From: Tubulanus polymorphus
Taxonomy: Eukaryota > Animalia > Nemertea
Assembly: GCF_964204645.1 (NCBI RefSeq)
Contig: NC_134030.1
Coordinates: 13,944,656-14,008,655 of the forward strand
Direction of reading: 5' to 3'
Length of the DNA stretch: 64,000 nucleotides
Shown: positions 12,839-25,186 of the stretch, piece by piece
How positions within the stretch are numbered: position 1 is the first letter of the stretch
Layout: each line of letters begins with the position of its first letter
Position numbers and translations under genes: made by a program
The notes under the pieces: generated by a model
Databases searched by the model: none
The model's input: only the letters and a program-made list of their open reading frames with translations
What the model was told of the DNA's origin: nothing

Positions 12839-15357
12839 TGTTGTTCGAATGAATTCCTTCTTACTACGAATTCAACCGTGACACTATCCCAATTGAGAAT
12901 GATTGGAGCTCCTATTTTGTTCGTGATTATTACTTAAAATCTACAGCAGGTTTACGCCTGTGCATATAGCAATCGATAAACTCATTTTAAACAAATGACG
13001 TCCGCTCAGTCGCATTCCGCTTGACAATGTTGCTAGCAAAGGTCATCAGGTGTTGCTAGCATGGATACATGGACAACCACTCCAGGATTTAACGGATTTA
13101 ATTGAAATGTACCAATAAATTTCATGAATGATTAGTGAAAATTGCATTTTAAATACGGACCATTAGAGTAATGATTTGCCCAATTTATGATGAAGAAGGC
13201 TTGTACAATTTCGATAAAAGTTCACTGAAAATGATCGAAATCTCGTCCGAGTTGCCGCACCGAACCTCATGTCATGCAATTAGTGCAACGAATTCGATTC
13301 TTTCTATAATTATCGTCGTCGTCGTCGTCGTCATCATCATTCATTCATGCCGCTTTGAATCGACGAAATCGGCTTGACGGTTTATCCAGGGATGAAAAGT
13401 CACGTTCACGCCATATATATCATGTATATATGTAACTTATGATATGTAACTTATGCAAATAATGATGTATGAAAATAATGTTTAAACTGCTCATTTCAAA
13501 TAGGCTCCTAAAAAAATCTGGATGGTAACATATAGACGGCAACCTGTCTATGATAAGCATACAAGCCTATCGGATTAAAAGCTTACCACCATTGATTAGC
13601 AACTAACTAGATAAACAGAAGTCTGTTAAACTTATTGAAATATAACGATATATACTTTTCAAAAATTTACAGAAATTTGGTATCTGCTTCATTTCGGATT
13701 CATAATCTACACACAGATTGTGGAATCCTCCGTATCATCCACCTTGTGTTGGGTTATCTTGCATGATCTTATTTTGATGACTTTGGCAGATTCCTCCGGA
13801 TTTCCCAAATCTTCAAAATAGTTATTTGACACAAACACTTTTATCTCTTGTGTTCTAATTTCATTTTCCTTATTTACTTCCTCTCTTCCTTTTCTAAACT
13901 AGCCTCTCTTCCGTTTCCTAGTCTTCTTCTTCTTTTTCCGAGCAAAAACCTCAGACTTTTATTCTATTTTGACATTCCCCAATTCTTTAAGCTATCCGCT
14001 CACGCTTAACTAAACTGACCGTATTAATTTCAATTGCTGTGTTCAGCCTCGTCATTTCCTGTACACAGTGTATTTAATTACTAGAGTTACTGCACCACTA
14101 CCTATAGTAGTTTATTATCCTACGAAGTTATGTTAACATTTACTATAGTAACCCCACTTCTAATAATAGCTACTAAGAACTCTTATTTCTTCCCACAAAA
14201 CTACCCCCTTGTAACCTGGGCCACTTCTGATAGTGTGCAATACAGGCGGACAAACCATCTAGTCATTCATCATAATGTTGGCCAAACAGAAGATAAAAAT
14301 CAGGATGGGCCATCACTGTTCGTTACTCGTCAATCGTTTTTCACGGTGCACTCTTATATCCTCTTAAAAATCGATGTCTGGATATAATATATCAGAGTCG
14401 AGAAATCAATAATAACTGATAGATGCATCTATAGATGCATCTACCTCTAAAATATATGTAATGAAAACATTAAAAAGAGTTCAGCCATTCATGACGTATG
14501 TGTGCCATTATAACTAGCTCTTACCCCTTCCCCACATTCGTTTTTTGACCATATACATAGACTTGAATATACAATTTCCATCGCGGCGAAGGCCTACGTA
14601 TGCATGCTTGCAAGCCCATATTGCTATCACACAGATTGATAACTTGCTTGGGGAGTCGATAACTTTCGTTAGAAACTTTCTTGGGCTCTGATATTTACAC
14701 ACATTTAATGCAGTAATAAAATCTAGGTTGACTATATCGGTTGTCGTTTTCATTGTTTTATGATTCTGATTAATCGTTTTTGTTATTTCCGCAGCGCATA
14801 CCAACCTTGGTTGAGCGTGCGTGATCAGTCTTGAATCGTTATCGGTATCGTTATTATTATCATTATTATTATTATCATTATTATTCATTTTCCGCCTATT
14901 TTCGTCAAATAACATCCATCTTCATTCAGATTGGGCAACTGACATCTTAAAGCAACGTATAAATTGATTCTGTAATAACGGTCTCTATGAACCAGCAGAA
15001 TGTCTAAAATGTCTATCCTATTTGAAACTTGAAATTAGTTACTAGGTAACTGTCAATAAAGAATTGAATTGAACCTGAATGCATATATACCGATAATTCG
15101 TCCGAAAGAGGAATGCTCCGAGAATATGATGTCCGAGTCAAAGACTTCACGAGTCCGGCGTTCGCGAGTCCGACAGGTTTAAGAGTATTTGTTTGTTGTT
15201 ACCTCTTTTATATTGTTGTTTTCTTGTTATACCGACCGGCTATTTTATTCAAGTATATTGCTGATCTGTTCATGTTAGTAATTGGAATATCAGGGGTTCA
15301 GATCAGAGGACGAGAGGACACACCACTCATCACCACAAGTAATTTTTTTTCTAATAA

Positions 15358-16245
15358 ATGGGAGACAATGAGTACCAGACGAAAAAAATGATGTTAATGA
15401 AAATCAATATTATTGTACATATTGTAAAAAATACATTGATAAATCTAATAAATCTCGGCATGAAAAAACTGAAAATCATTTTAAAAAAGTTATAGATTTT
15501 GAAACTCCAGAAAATTCCAATGAAAGAAAAGAAAATTAGAAAAAATGAAAAAAGATGAAATAAAATGTGAAGTTTGTAATGAATTTATAGCAAAAAGGAA
15601 TTATAAAAGACATCTCGAATCGCAAAAACACAAACAAAATTTAAGTAATAATGTTTAAGGAACAGATTATTCTGATGAAAAACCTCAAAAAGTAAAAAAA
15701 AAAACAGTTTCAAAAACTAAATCTATTTCAAATAAACCTTACGTGGAAAATGTTAGAAATTATATCGATTCACTAGAAATAAAAGATACAATTGAAATTA
15801 CTTATTAAAATTGGTCCTGCAGCTATTATATTTAGATTTTTTAAAGGAGCAACAATAGAAGACTATAGTAAATTTATTGAAATCATGGAAAAAATAATAG
15901 ATTTTGTAACAGATGTTGAATATCCAAAAATTAGTATTTCTGGAAAAGTAAGTTTTATCAAATCAGAAGTAAAAATGGGGTAGAATATTCAAACACACTC
16001 TGAAGAAATAGTTTCAAAAACACAAATAAAAGAGAAATTAGAAAAAATATTTAATGAATTTAAACGACATATCGAAGAAAGATATTTTGAGGGTTCTGGT
16101 TTAACATTGAATGAAATTATATTTATAGATTTAAATGTTTATAATACAAAAAGAAATAAAACATCAAAGAGTAATAAAATGTTTATAAATGATTCAAACT
16201 TTACAACAGAAAGGATATTAAAGCATCAAGTTATATCAAATTACT
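15358..16245 (+). pseudogene. Polinton pPolB N-terminal remnant with C2H2 zinc fingers; catalytic core absent
   Basis: YYCTYCKK...RHEKTENH and KCEVCNE...RHLESQKH fingers, then EGSGLTLNEIIFIDLNVY...KASSYIKL, a motif I recognise from Polinton pPolB N-termini; frameshifted and abruptly truncated. Confidence 0.65.
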
Positions 16246-16499
16246 ATGTACAACCAATATAATCTGTTAATTTCAATTCTTGATTAATTCTACTTAAGAT
16301 ATATGATTTGATTTTGAATTATCATCATGAATTGTTAAAATACGTGTAATTTTTATAGCTAAGTTATCTAATATAATATTTCCTTGATTAAAACATTCAT
16401 TAAAACATAACCTTGATTAAAACATTAAAACATTCCTTAATTTCATAATGTGTTATCTCTGATTAACGTTTAGAAAAGTAGTTCTATTTTCTTTTATAA

Positions 16500-16712
16500 T
16501 TATTTTTCTAACATGATTTTATATAACATTATATTATCGCAAAATATATCTGACGTTTCAATTAATTCATTTTTATCCGATTTATAATACTTATTTATTT
16601 TTACTCCTGAAATATCTGCTAAATTATTATTCACTGTTAAATAATACAATATTGAATTTATATATTTATTATTCATGTCTTTCGCGGGAACTTTGATTAA
16701 TCTTGAGCACAT
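16500..16712 (-). CDS. Polinton hypothetical protein (likely truncated)
   Basis: 70-aa ORF starting in TAAATG. Confidence 0.4.
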   Translation of the reverse strand: MCSRLIKVPAKDMNNKYINSILYYLTVNNNLADISGVKINKYYKSDKNELIETSDIFCDNIMLYKIMLEK

Positions 16713-16783
16713 TTATATATAAAATTTTTATTGAAATAAGTTAAAATTTGAAAAAGAGTTAGAGTTCGCTGAAACCTTACGCT

Positions 16784-17695
16784 TTAAAATATTTTTTTAC
16801 CCCTATTGGTGTTAAATGTTGATGGAATAATTGTTTTTATTATATCTTTTTTAGTTATTTCACCATTTTTATTTTCTATCATTTTCATTTTTTCAAGCCA
16901 TTGCTTATATTCTGGTGTATGATCTTCCACAGAAAATATTTTAAAAATTTCATCTAGATATTTTAATTTTGACTCCACAAGAAAATATTTAGTTTTTTCA
17001 TCATCACCCCGTAAATTCATTTCCCATCCACAAAACTACAAAATACCACAGAATCTTCTTGCCTTAAGTACTCATAAATACATTGTGAGCATTTTTTTCT
17101 ATCGAATCTTGGTAATAGATCAACATTGAGCTCTTGGTATTTTCTTACGTTTTCTTTATGTTTTATTGTTCTATTATGTAGATTTGAATTACTTTTTGTA
17201 ATAATCAATTTACAATATTTACAATAATGTTTTTCTTACTAAATCATCATATTGTTTTTCTAACTTTTCAAGTGTTTCTTCATTATCTGATAACGTTTTC
17301 TCATATTTATTTTTTTCTAATATTTAATTTTTTCTTTCATTAAATTCTGTTTCAAATTTACTAGAAATTGTATCTATATGTACTTTACGAAATTGATGAT
17401 TCTCCCAATCTTCTATATTTTCGGGGCTATATTTTATTCGACAATACTCACAGAAATGATCTTTAATTACATTCTTATCATAGAACAAGAAAGGTCTTTT
17501 CCAAATAATTTCAGGTTCAACTTCAACAGAATTATTATTACTTTCGTTACTGTCAACATTAACTATTAAGTCATTATTTTTACACTTCTCTGAATGTTTT
17601 TTGAAATAATTTCTAGAGAATGTTTTATTACAATTTGGACAGTTTATTTTAGGGGGTTTATAATTTTCATCATGTTTTTTCATACGTCGAGCCAT
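16784..17695 (-). pseudogene. Polinton multi-zinc-finger protein fragments
   Basis: CPNC...HSEKC, CEYC...H...H and CSQC...C motifs spread over three broken ORFs. Confidence 0.55.
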
Positions 17696-17814
17696 ATTAC
17701 TTTTTCTTTGAAGTTCACCACAAATTTCACATTCTATCTACTCATCGCTTTATTTAGAAAAATTTTATTAAAATTATTTTTTAGTGGTTCGAAGTAATTT
17801 TTTTGGTGTTATAA

Positions 17815-18546
17815 ATAATAGTTGAATTAATAGAATATAGAATATTTGTTGATTCCAGAAAACTCGCAAATTCAAAATCACATAATTTACTAGTACAATT
17901 AGATAGAGAATTTAAAAATTGTGTAGATTTAAAATCAGTAAATGTAAGTTTATGTAATTCTTTTTATAATATATCGGATAAAAGTTTTGATCATAGATTG
18001 TTTATAATTTATGTAGAAAATGTAGATAAATGGTATCATCTATTTTTAAAACCAGGATTATATAATCTAGATACATTAGCGCAAGAAATAAATCGAAGAG
18101 CACGATTAAAAATTAGAAGTGAAGATAAATTTTTAATTAGATTCATAAAAAGTGATAGTTCTGATAAAATTAGAATAAAGATAGAACATGGAAACAAACT
18201 TGCATTTATGGTAAAAAACCAATAGCTAAATTATTAGGAATTAAACCAGATACTGATATATGAAACGTAGAAAGTATATCAAATATAATACCTTACACAC
18301 TTTTATATTTATTGCAATTTGATTGACCCAACAAAAACATTTGAAACAACTAAAGATACAACATGTAATTCTAGTTTATTAAATATTTTACCATTAAAAA
18401 TGTTAAACAATTTGGAACTCAAATAAACTACAATTTAACTGTGATTCCAAGCCTTGTATTTCACGATTTAATAATTTTAAATTAGAAGTAAGAAATCATA
18501 ATGGTTACTTAATTGATTTGATAATTTTCCTGTAATTTATGAATAA
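17815..18546 (+). pseudogene. Polinton minor capsid protein (penton)
   Basis: IFVDSR..., SFYNIS, LKPGLYNLDTLAQEIN, a YCNLID-like block, LLNILP, LEVRNHNG.LID; frameshifted; start appears mutated TAAATG>TAAATA. Confidence 0.65.
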
Positions 18547-18582
18547 GTAATAAGATGGAGAGAGTAATTTTTCACTATATAA

Positions 18583-18944
18583 ATGAATATAACTGTAGGA
18601 CCGAGTATATGCTTTGGATTTGATTTGGTATTAATGATTTGGATTTGATTGGATTTGGTATTAATGATGTAATAACACATATTAAAAATATTGCATTTTT
18701 TAATGAAACAACATTTGAGTATGAAAAAACAATAAATAAAGAAACTTTTAATGTAGAAAAGATTACCGATTTTATTAGAGAATCTTTAAGATTTTATGAA
18801 TTAGACGAAGATTTTATCATCGATGACATTAAAAAAATAATAACTGAAATATACGAAAATGAAACTAATAATATTATAAATGTTGAAATAATTATAACTA
18901 ATATAACTAAATGTTTTGAAGATAGTAATTTTTTTGATTATTAA
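18583..18944 (+). CDS. Polinton small acidic hypothetical protein
   Basis: TAAATG at 18580; 101-aa ORF 18639-18944; a short local duplication shifts the frame near the start. Confidence 0.5.
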
Positions 18945-19172
18945 ATGAGTGATAATAAGTGGATAATAACTGGATTATATTATGGTGCATTAGTATCAGT
19001 TGGAACTGATGGGTATTCAATAGTATTTAAAAAAGTATTTAAAATGGGAAGTGTTAATGTTGATAGATTTGATATCAATGATATTTTAAAATTAACGTTG
19101 GCAGTTACTTTATCTAATATAACAGTTGGTTATTTAGAAAAACAAAAATATATTCCTCCTATAAATACGTAA
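18945..19172 (+). CDS. Polinton small two-hydrophobic-helix protein
   Basis: Intact 75 aa; the upstream TAA stop abuts the ATG as TAAATG. Confidence 0.7.
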   Translation: MSDNKWIITGLYYGALVSVGTDGYSIVFKKVFKMGSVNVDRFDINDILKLTLAVTLSNITVGYLEKQKYIPPINT

Positions 19173-19188
19173 TTGTTTTGTTAAATAA

Positions 19189-19610
19189 ATGGCAGTTGCA
19201 GCAATCGTAACTGTTGTAGGAACGGCAATCGTTAACGCTTTAGCATATAGTGGCGATACTTTATTTATTTAGGCATATTGATAAAAATGGGTCATTAGAA
19301 GAACAAAAAAGACATAACTTAGCATTAGAAAAATATAATAAAGCAGCAGAAGAATATAGAGAAAAAAGACAAAATTACATTGATTATATTAACAAAGAAT
19401 TATATAATCAGAAAATTTCACATAGAGATTTTCAATCAGTTGATGAAGCTATGAGATTATATAACGCAGTAACAAATAAAGAAAAATTAAATTTATATAA
19501 ACCAAAATTATCAGATTATTATACCCAAGTAATGAACAGAAGAAATATGAAATAATTTGGGTTTTAGGTGGAACAATTATTGTTATATTTGTTTCATATA
19601 AATTTACTAA
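19189..19610 (+). pseudogene. Polinton small membrane/coiled-coil protein
   Basis: MAVAAIVTVVGTAIVNALAYSG / EEQKRHNLALEK... with a hydrophobic C-terminus; two frameshifts. Confidence 0.65.
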
Positions 19611-19632
19611 TTGGTAATTTTTTGCTAAATAA

Positions 19633-19998
19633 ATGGATGATAAAGTTGATAATATTGATATTATTCCTCATGATATCAATAAAATTTAATTAAAAACATA
19701 TTTTGAAAAACAAATATTAGAATTTTTTCAGTTACGATAAGTTCTGTAATAACATTTTTAGCAATAGTTTTACCATTAACCCCTTTAGCTATATCAATTG
19801 GCGTGCTAGGATTATCATCAAGTGTTTTTAACCGGAATAAGTTCAAAATTAAATATAAAAAGTAATAAAGAAAAAATTAAATCTAATATAAAAGAAATCA
19901 ATAAATTGAAAAATACATTAGATTATATAATAAGTTTAAATGGTAGTATAACAATTGAAGAACAAGATAAATTATTAAAAGAATTAATCAATTATTAA
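19633..19998 (+). pseudogene. Polinton small membrane protein
   Basis: TAAATG start; hydrophobic ILAIVLPLTPLAISIGVLGLSSSVL followed by a Lys-rich helix; disrupted. Confidence 0.5.
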
Positions 19999-21021
19999 TT
20001 TTTTTATTATGTAAATGGGGTTTCCAAAGGCTTTCCAATACAATAAATCAATTATATATAATATTCCACCAATAGGTTTTAATAGTATTATAACATATAA
20101 TGTAGTTTTGCCTTCATAAACCAATTTAGAAATTTATGTTACTGAAACAAAGTTTGTTCTTTCTAAAATGGAAAATATATTTAATACATATAATCTTTCT
20201 TCTTCTCGGGATGAATATGATAAATATAAAATAAAATCTAATATGAGATATTGATGCTGAATCAATTATATTTTGCGGTTTATTGTGCAACAACAGGGTG
20301 TGGGGTAAGTTGGAATGATCATTTGAATAATTTATATAACAATTTGTCTTATTCTGATTTAAAATTCATTCATACGATATTTAGAATTTTCACGTATTTT
20401 CAAATTAGAATTATATTAAATGAATTAGAATGTCCTTTACCAGGATCGAAATATTTTAAGGAATTAGATGATAATATTAATCTATCTAAGTTTTATAAAA
20501 TATGTGATGAATTTAATATAGATATTAATTCCGATTTTAGAACGTATAGTAAATTGCAAGGTATTGGTGAACAGTATGAAATAAAAAGAATTGATTATAT
20601 GCATAGAGTTGGTGCCTATCATAATTATGAAATCAATAATGATGATGGTTGGAATAATTATATTATAGATAATGGTGAAGGTTTTACAAAGCCTGGTATA
20701 CAAAGAATAAATCGATCAATTAGAACTAATTTAATTTGTATTTTAGGTGCACAAGTTGAAACAAGATCACCTATAGTTGGAAATGATAATAGTTCATTTG
20801 ATACGCAGAAACAATTTAAAGTTTTATTTGAAGATTCTATTCATAATGATAAAAATAGATCGATTCCAGAAAACATTATAAGATACCAAAATTATTTAAA
20901 TAAAACACATATTAGATTAAATCATTGTATAGGGCCTAATTTGTTAATTATTTCTAATGATTTAGTATTAAAAATGGGAAATATAATTGGTTATGATAAT
21001 TTAATTAAGACTGCAACTATA

Positions 21022-23255
21022 AACAAGAGCCCCAAGGGGCACAATGGCCAGCCTGTCAGATTTGCTTTTTATAATTGATGTAATCTGTGGGTTATATTTA
21101 TCAATATACACTCCCTGCTCAATATCATTTACATTGTAAAATCGTGTGTTAACACAGACAGCAGGAACGAATGTAATATAGAAATACTAAGTTATTGTAT
21201 TGTTCAACGCCCCCTGGTGGCCATAAAAAAACCCAATGAGCTTGAAACTCACCTCGATCATAGAACATGTCATGAGCTACAACTTTCCAATTGATTATAG
21301 TAGCAAAATATGCTTAAGTATCAATTATGATGTGGAAAAACTTTTCCACCTACGAATGAGTACTGATGACCCCAAGATGGCCACCAAGTGCGTCATAATT
21401 GCCTGGTCAAAAATACCCTATCGGATATAAAAGATCCCTTTCCAAAGAATACCCATTACAAATTGCAATGAAACATGGCACACCATTAGAAAGCTACAGT
21501 ACTCAGAATTCAGGCCAAAATTGACATTTTTGGGAACAAAAAAGGTCACAGTACGGCCATCTTGAGTCCGATCGACTCAATTTTTCTCATGCCGATGGGC
21601 CCTCGGGGGATACAAATATATACGAATGATCAAGGTTATTGATAAAAGTGTCTTCAAAATTTCCCTCGAAAACTTCAAAAATGTGTAAAAAGTGCTGACT
21701 TTGGCGAACAACAATGGCTGCCAGTCGGCCATCTTGAATCTGACAGGGCCAGTTTTTGGCCTGAAGATGTGTCTAGGGTAGATACACGTATAAAACAAAT
21801 ATCAAGACATTACCTTGAAGCGTCTTCAAAACTTTGGAACTCTCACGAACTATCTAGATGGTTATCTCTCGACCTCAATAGCTTCAAGACCCACCTCAAA
21901 ACAACTTTGTTCGATGCAGCATACCATTAACTCTCGGAAAGCGAATTGTATTTAACATTTTTTTGGCAGAATAAAATTTGATTGAATTTGCAATTCGGGC
22001 ACATGGCTAATTAGCGTATCAAGGTCATACACCCGATTTGGTAAAACCTTTTTTTTTGCGAACCTTGCGCAATTGTCAAGGATGAATTTTCTGTAGAGCA
22101 AATAAAAATTCCTCCCAAACACCAAATCAACTAAAGATTTCATAGAAATCGATCTTGAAATACAACTTTTAAATCTTAAAATAAAACCCGGAAGTAAAAC
22201 AGTAGACGATACCGCGGATTCACGTGAACACCTGATTTCTGTAAACGAAATGTTGGTTGTGACAAAATTGTTCAGACGGTTTTAGGTGGTAATAAGTACG
22301 GAAACGTAACGACCATGGTCGACTTATTCGATGAAATCAGGCCTATGTGATATACAAATTTTGACTTTTTTATTCTCCAGACCTCCCTGATATAGAAATA
22401 AAAAATTTTGGTGGTACGAAAGTGCAATCACAGCGCCGACGGGGACAGAGCCGTGTCAGAGATCGGCGGAGTGAAAATTGAGGTGGACGAACACGAAGAA
22501 GTAGGCTATTGCGCTATTTGAATCACGAAAACTCCTGGCGCGGCCCCGACGCTTTTCGTTGATTAAGTAATATAAATATTATGCAATGGGTTTTCACAAT
22601 CTACCGCTGGTATTTACCGGATTTCAATATCACTCGAAAGAAACCTCGAAATATCGAACCGGAACACTTCCGGTAGATATATCCGCGGCTGCCCAACCGG
22701 GAAACTTATTTGTTTCAATAGATATTGATAGGATCCATCATCTTCACCCGTCAAGGGATTCGAACCCACTAAGCTTAAGCCATGCCAGAATCGGGTCGGG
22801 CCAATCACAGCGCTTGTAACAAACCACATTAGGCTTCTGTGGAATTTCCCAGTAAATGGGCCAATCAGCGAACACGTAGCGAACGCGGAAGTATTGTCGC
22901 GTGTTGATACATGACGTCATGCGCAAAAGCGCCAGTAATGAAATCGCGATAATTCACGTGAACAGCTGCTGATATTTTCAGATAAACCAATCACAGGGAA
23001 GACACAACTTCCTGATTGGCTGATAAAAATTGGAATTTTCCCGATTTAACTTTCGTGAAAAATGCAGAAAACATTTTTATGAGACCCTATTTCAAAATTC
23101 TGCTCGCTACGATTCCGAGAATGGATTACGCTTAAATACGTGATTTGTTCGAATATGCCCTCACTTGGCAAGCAAAAGAGCCTTTTGTGTGGAAACCATG
23201 TCATTTAAATTCGCTCCATTTGTATAGTAATAGGCTCAGCCTACGGCTGGCCTAA
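21022..23255 (-). mobile_element. HINE (same end family as 7285-8179) inserted into the Polinton
   Basis: Matching ends; insertion in a TT/AA run without TSD; sharp GC shift against the Polinton. Confidence 0.8.
22740..22800 (-). mobile_element. tRNA-derived SINE head fragment
   Basis: GCTTAGTGGGTTCGAATCCCTTGACGGGTGAAGATG; a related copy lies at ~39009-39050 (+). Confidence 0.45.
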
Positions 23256-23570
23256 TAATAAGGTTGGGTAAATGATATAAATAAAAAAGATTATTACTGC
23301 TCCAAAATTAATGGAAGGTGAAAAAAATAAAAAACATATTCAATCAACTGAAACTAAAAGTAAGAATATCAAATTAAATAATGATTCTAAAATAAAAGAC
23401 TACAATACTACAGAAAATATAATATTAATAACTGATAATATTCAACATGAAATAATTAAAGCTAATAATGATAATAAATCCCATGAAAATATTAAATTAG
23501 CTATAGCTTTGTATAGGAATTGTAATAGGAGGAATATTATATTTTAGATTCTGATTTCTTTTATTTATAA

Positions 23571-24795
23571 ATGGATGTAGAAGGTGTGGAAGGTTATGAA
23601 ATGGATCCTTTTGATTTTGATGAACCCCGTATAACTGATGAACCACAACCCGATTTTAATGAAACTAATATTGATAATGATTATAATTCTAATTTAAGTA
23701 CACCTGCAGAATCACAATTTAATCCTGAAAAATATGATCCAGATTTTAATCCAGATTTTGTAAAACAAGATTTAGATAATATTTCCAAATTAGATAAATT
23801 AGTTCTATTAACTAAAAATTCTAAACTTAATTTAAATGATAAAAACTTTGAACGTTTGTTATATAGATTTAAATTTTTAGATAATGGTAAATGTTATTTT
23901 CATTTGGAAGGTGATTATTATATTGATATCAGTTATAAAGTTGGAAATAAAGTATTAGCAGAATCAACATTGCAAAAATTAGAAACATTTAGAATTAAAA
24001 GAATAAGTAATGAAATAACTGATGTTAAAAAAGCAGAAAGAGATTATAATCTAGATGTATTTATAGCCAAAGAATTGATGAATTATTTGAAATAATCAAT
24101 AACAATTTAGAAACAGAAACAACTTCTGAACAGGATTTAACTTCTAGAATTAGTAAACTTAATTCAAATAAAGTTCCAATTGAAAAACTTTTACCGAATG
24201 GGTTAATTGATGCAACAGATCAACAATTAGAAGACATAAATATATTTTCTGATAAATCAATTAGAGAAATTATTAGTATAAGAAATGAAGCTGATAAAAT
24301 TGCACACAATAAGATTATTAGAGATCAAAAAATTAATTCTTTAGAAAAAGATAAAACTTATAAAATTAAAGAAATATAACAATTAAAGTTAGACAGAGAT
24401 AATAAAGTGATTGAAGAAATTGAATTTAAGTTAGAATGTATTACAATTATTTCAATTCTAACATCTATAACTATGGTATTTACAACAATAGGTTTAGCTA
24501 TAGCAAATGCTTTAAAATCTACACCTACTCCTAATAAACCGGATAAACCTCCAAATAATAATAATTCTGTACAAGATAAAGTTAAGGATGGATAAGAAAA
24601 ATTAGCAAAATATCCATGGGAATTATCTAAAAAATCTGCTGCAGCTTTACCCGGATTTATGCATCGATTGTTGTTTTGTTTTGAAATCTGCTGGAAATAT
24701 TCTTATTCTCTCTTGCTGAACATATTATTTTATTTTCAATTACAATTGTTAGTGCTATTATTTTTGGATGAGTGAATATGATCAAAAATAAATGA
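23571..24795 (+). pseudogene. Polinton acidic/coiled-coil protein with C-terminal membrane segments
   Basis: ORFs 23571-24095 and 24407-24595, followed by LSKKSAAALPG...AEHIILF; frameshifted. Confidence 0.65.
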
Positions 24796-25186
24796 TTATT
24801 TTTTTGTTAAATAAATGAGTGGGAGTTATATAAATCCTTCTAAGATTTCAAGAATATCTAATGCAATTAAAGCAGAACGTTGTCATCATATAATTACACA
24901 CAAGCCTTCTAATAATAATCCCGATGAAACTTTATATGTTAGAATCCCTCGATTAACAAAAAATACTGTTTATGTTCCAAATAGTATTTATTTATCAGCT
25001 GATATAAAAGTAACTGGTAATAGTAATAATTATGTTGTTGATAATGTTGGAAGATATTCAATTAGAAAATTAACTATAAAGCTTGGTCCAGAAACAGTTT
25101 TTTCATTTGACGATTAAAATTTATTTATGCATTATAAAGATTTATGGTTAACAAAAGAAAATAGAGATAATATGATATTTCAAGGA

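Larger units (their letters stand above)
20015..23547 (+). pseudogene. Polinton hypothetical gene split by a HINE insertion
   Basis: QLYFAVYCATTGCGVS...ILGAQVETRSPIVG; removing 21022-23255 restores TATINNKGWVNDINKK and leads, after a frameshift, into ORF 23311-23547. Confidence 0.7.

Noticed and set aside
13570-14260. Purine-rich minus-strand stretch resembling a LINE ORF1 remnant
   Set aside because: Many stops and no diagnostic motif.
14514-14915. 133-aa Asn-rich ORF
   Set aside because: Driven by an (ATT/ATC)n microsatellite.
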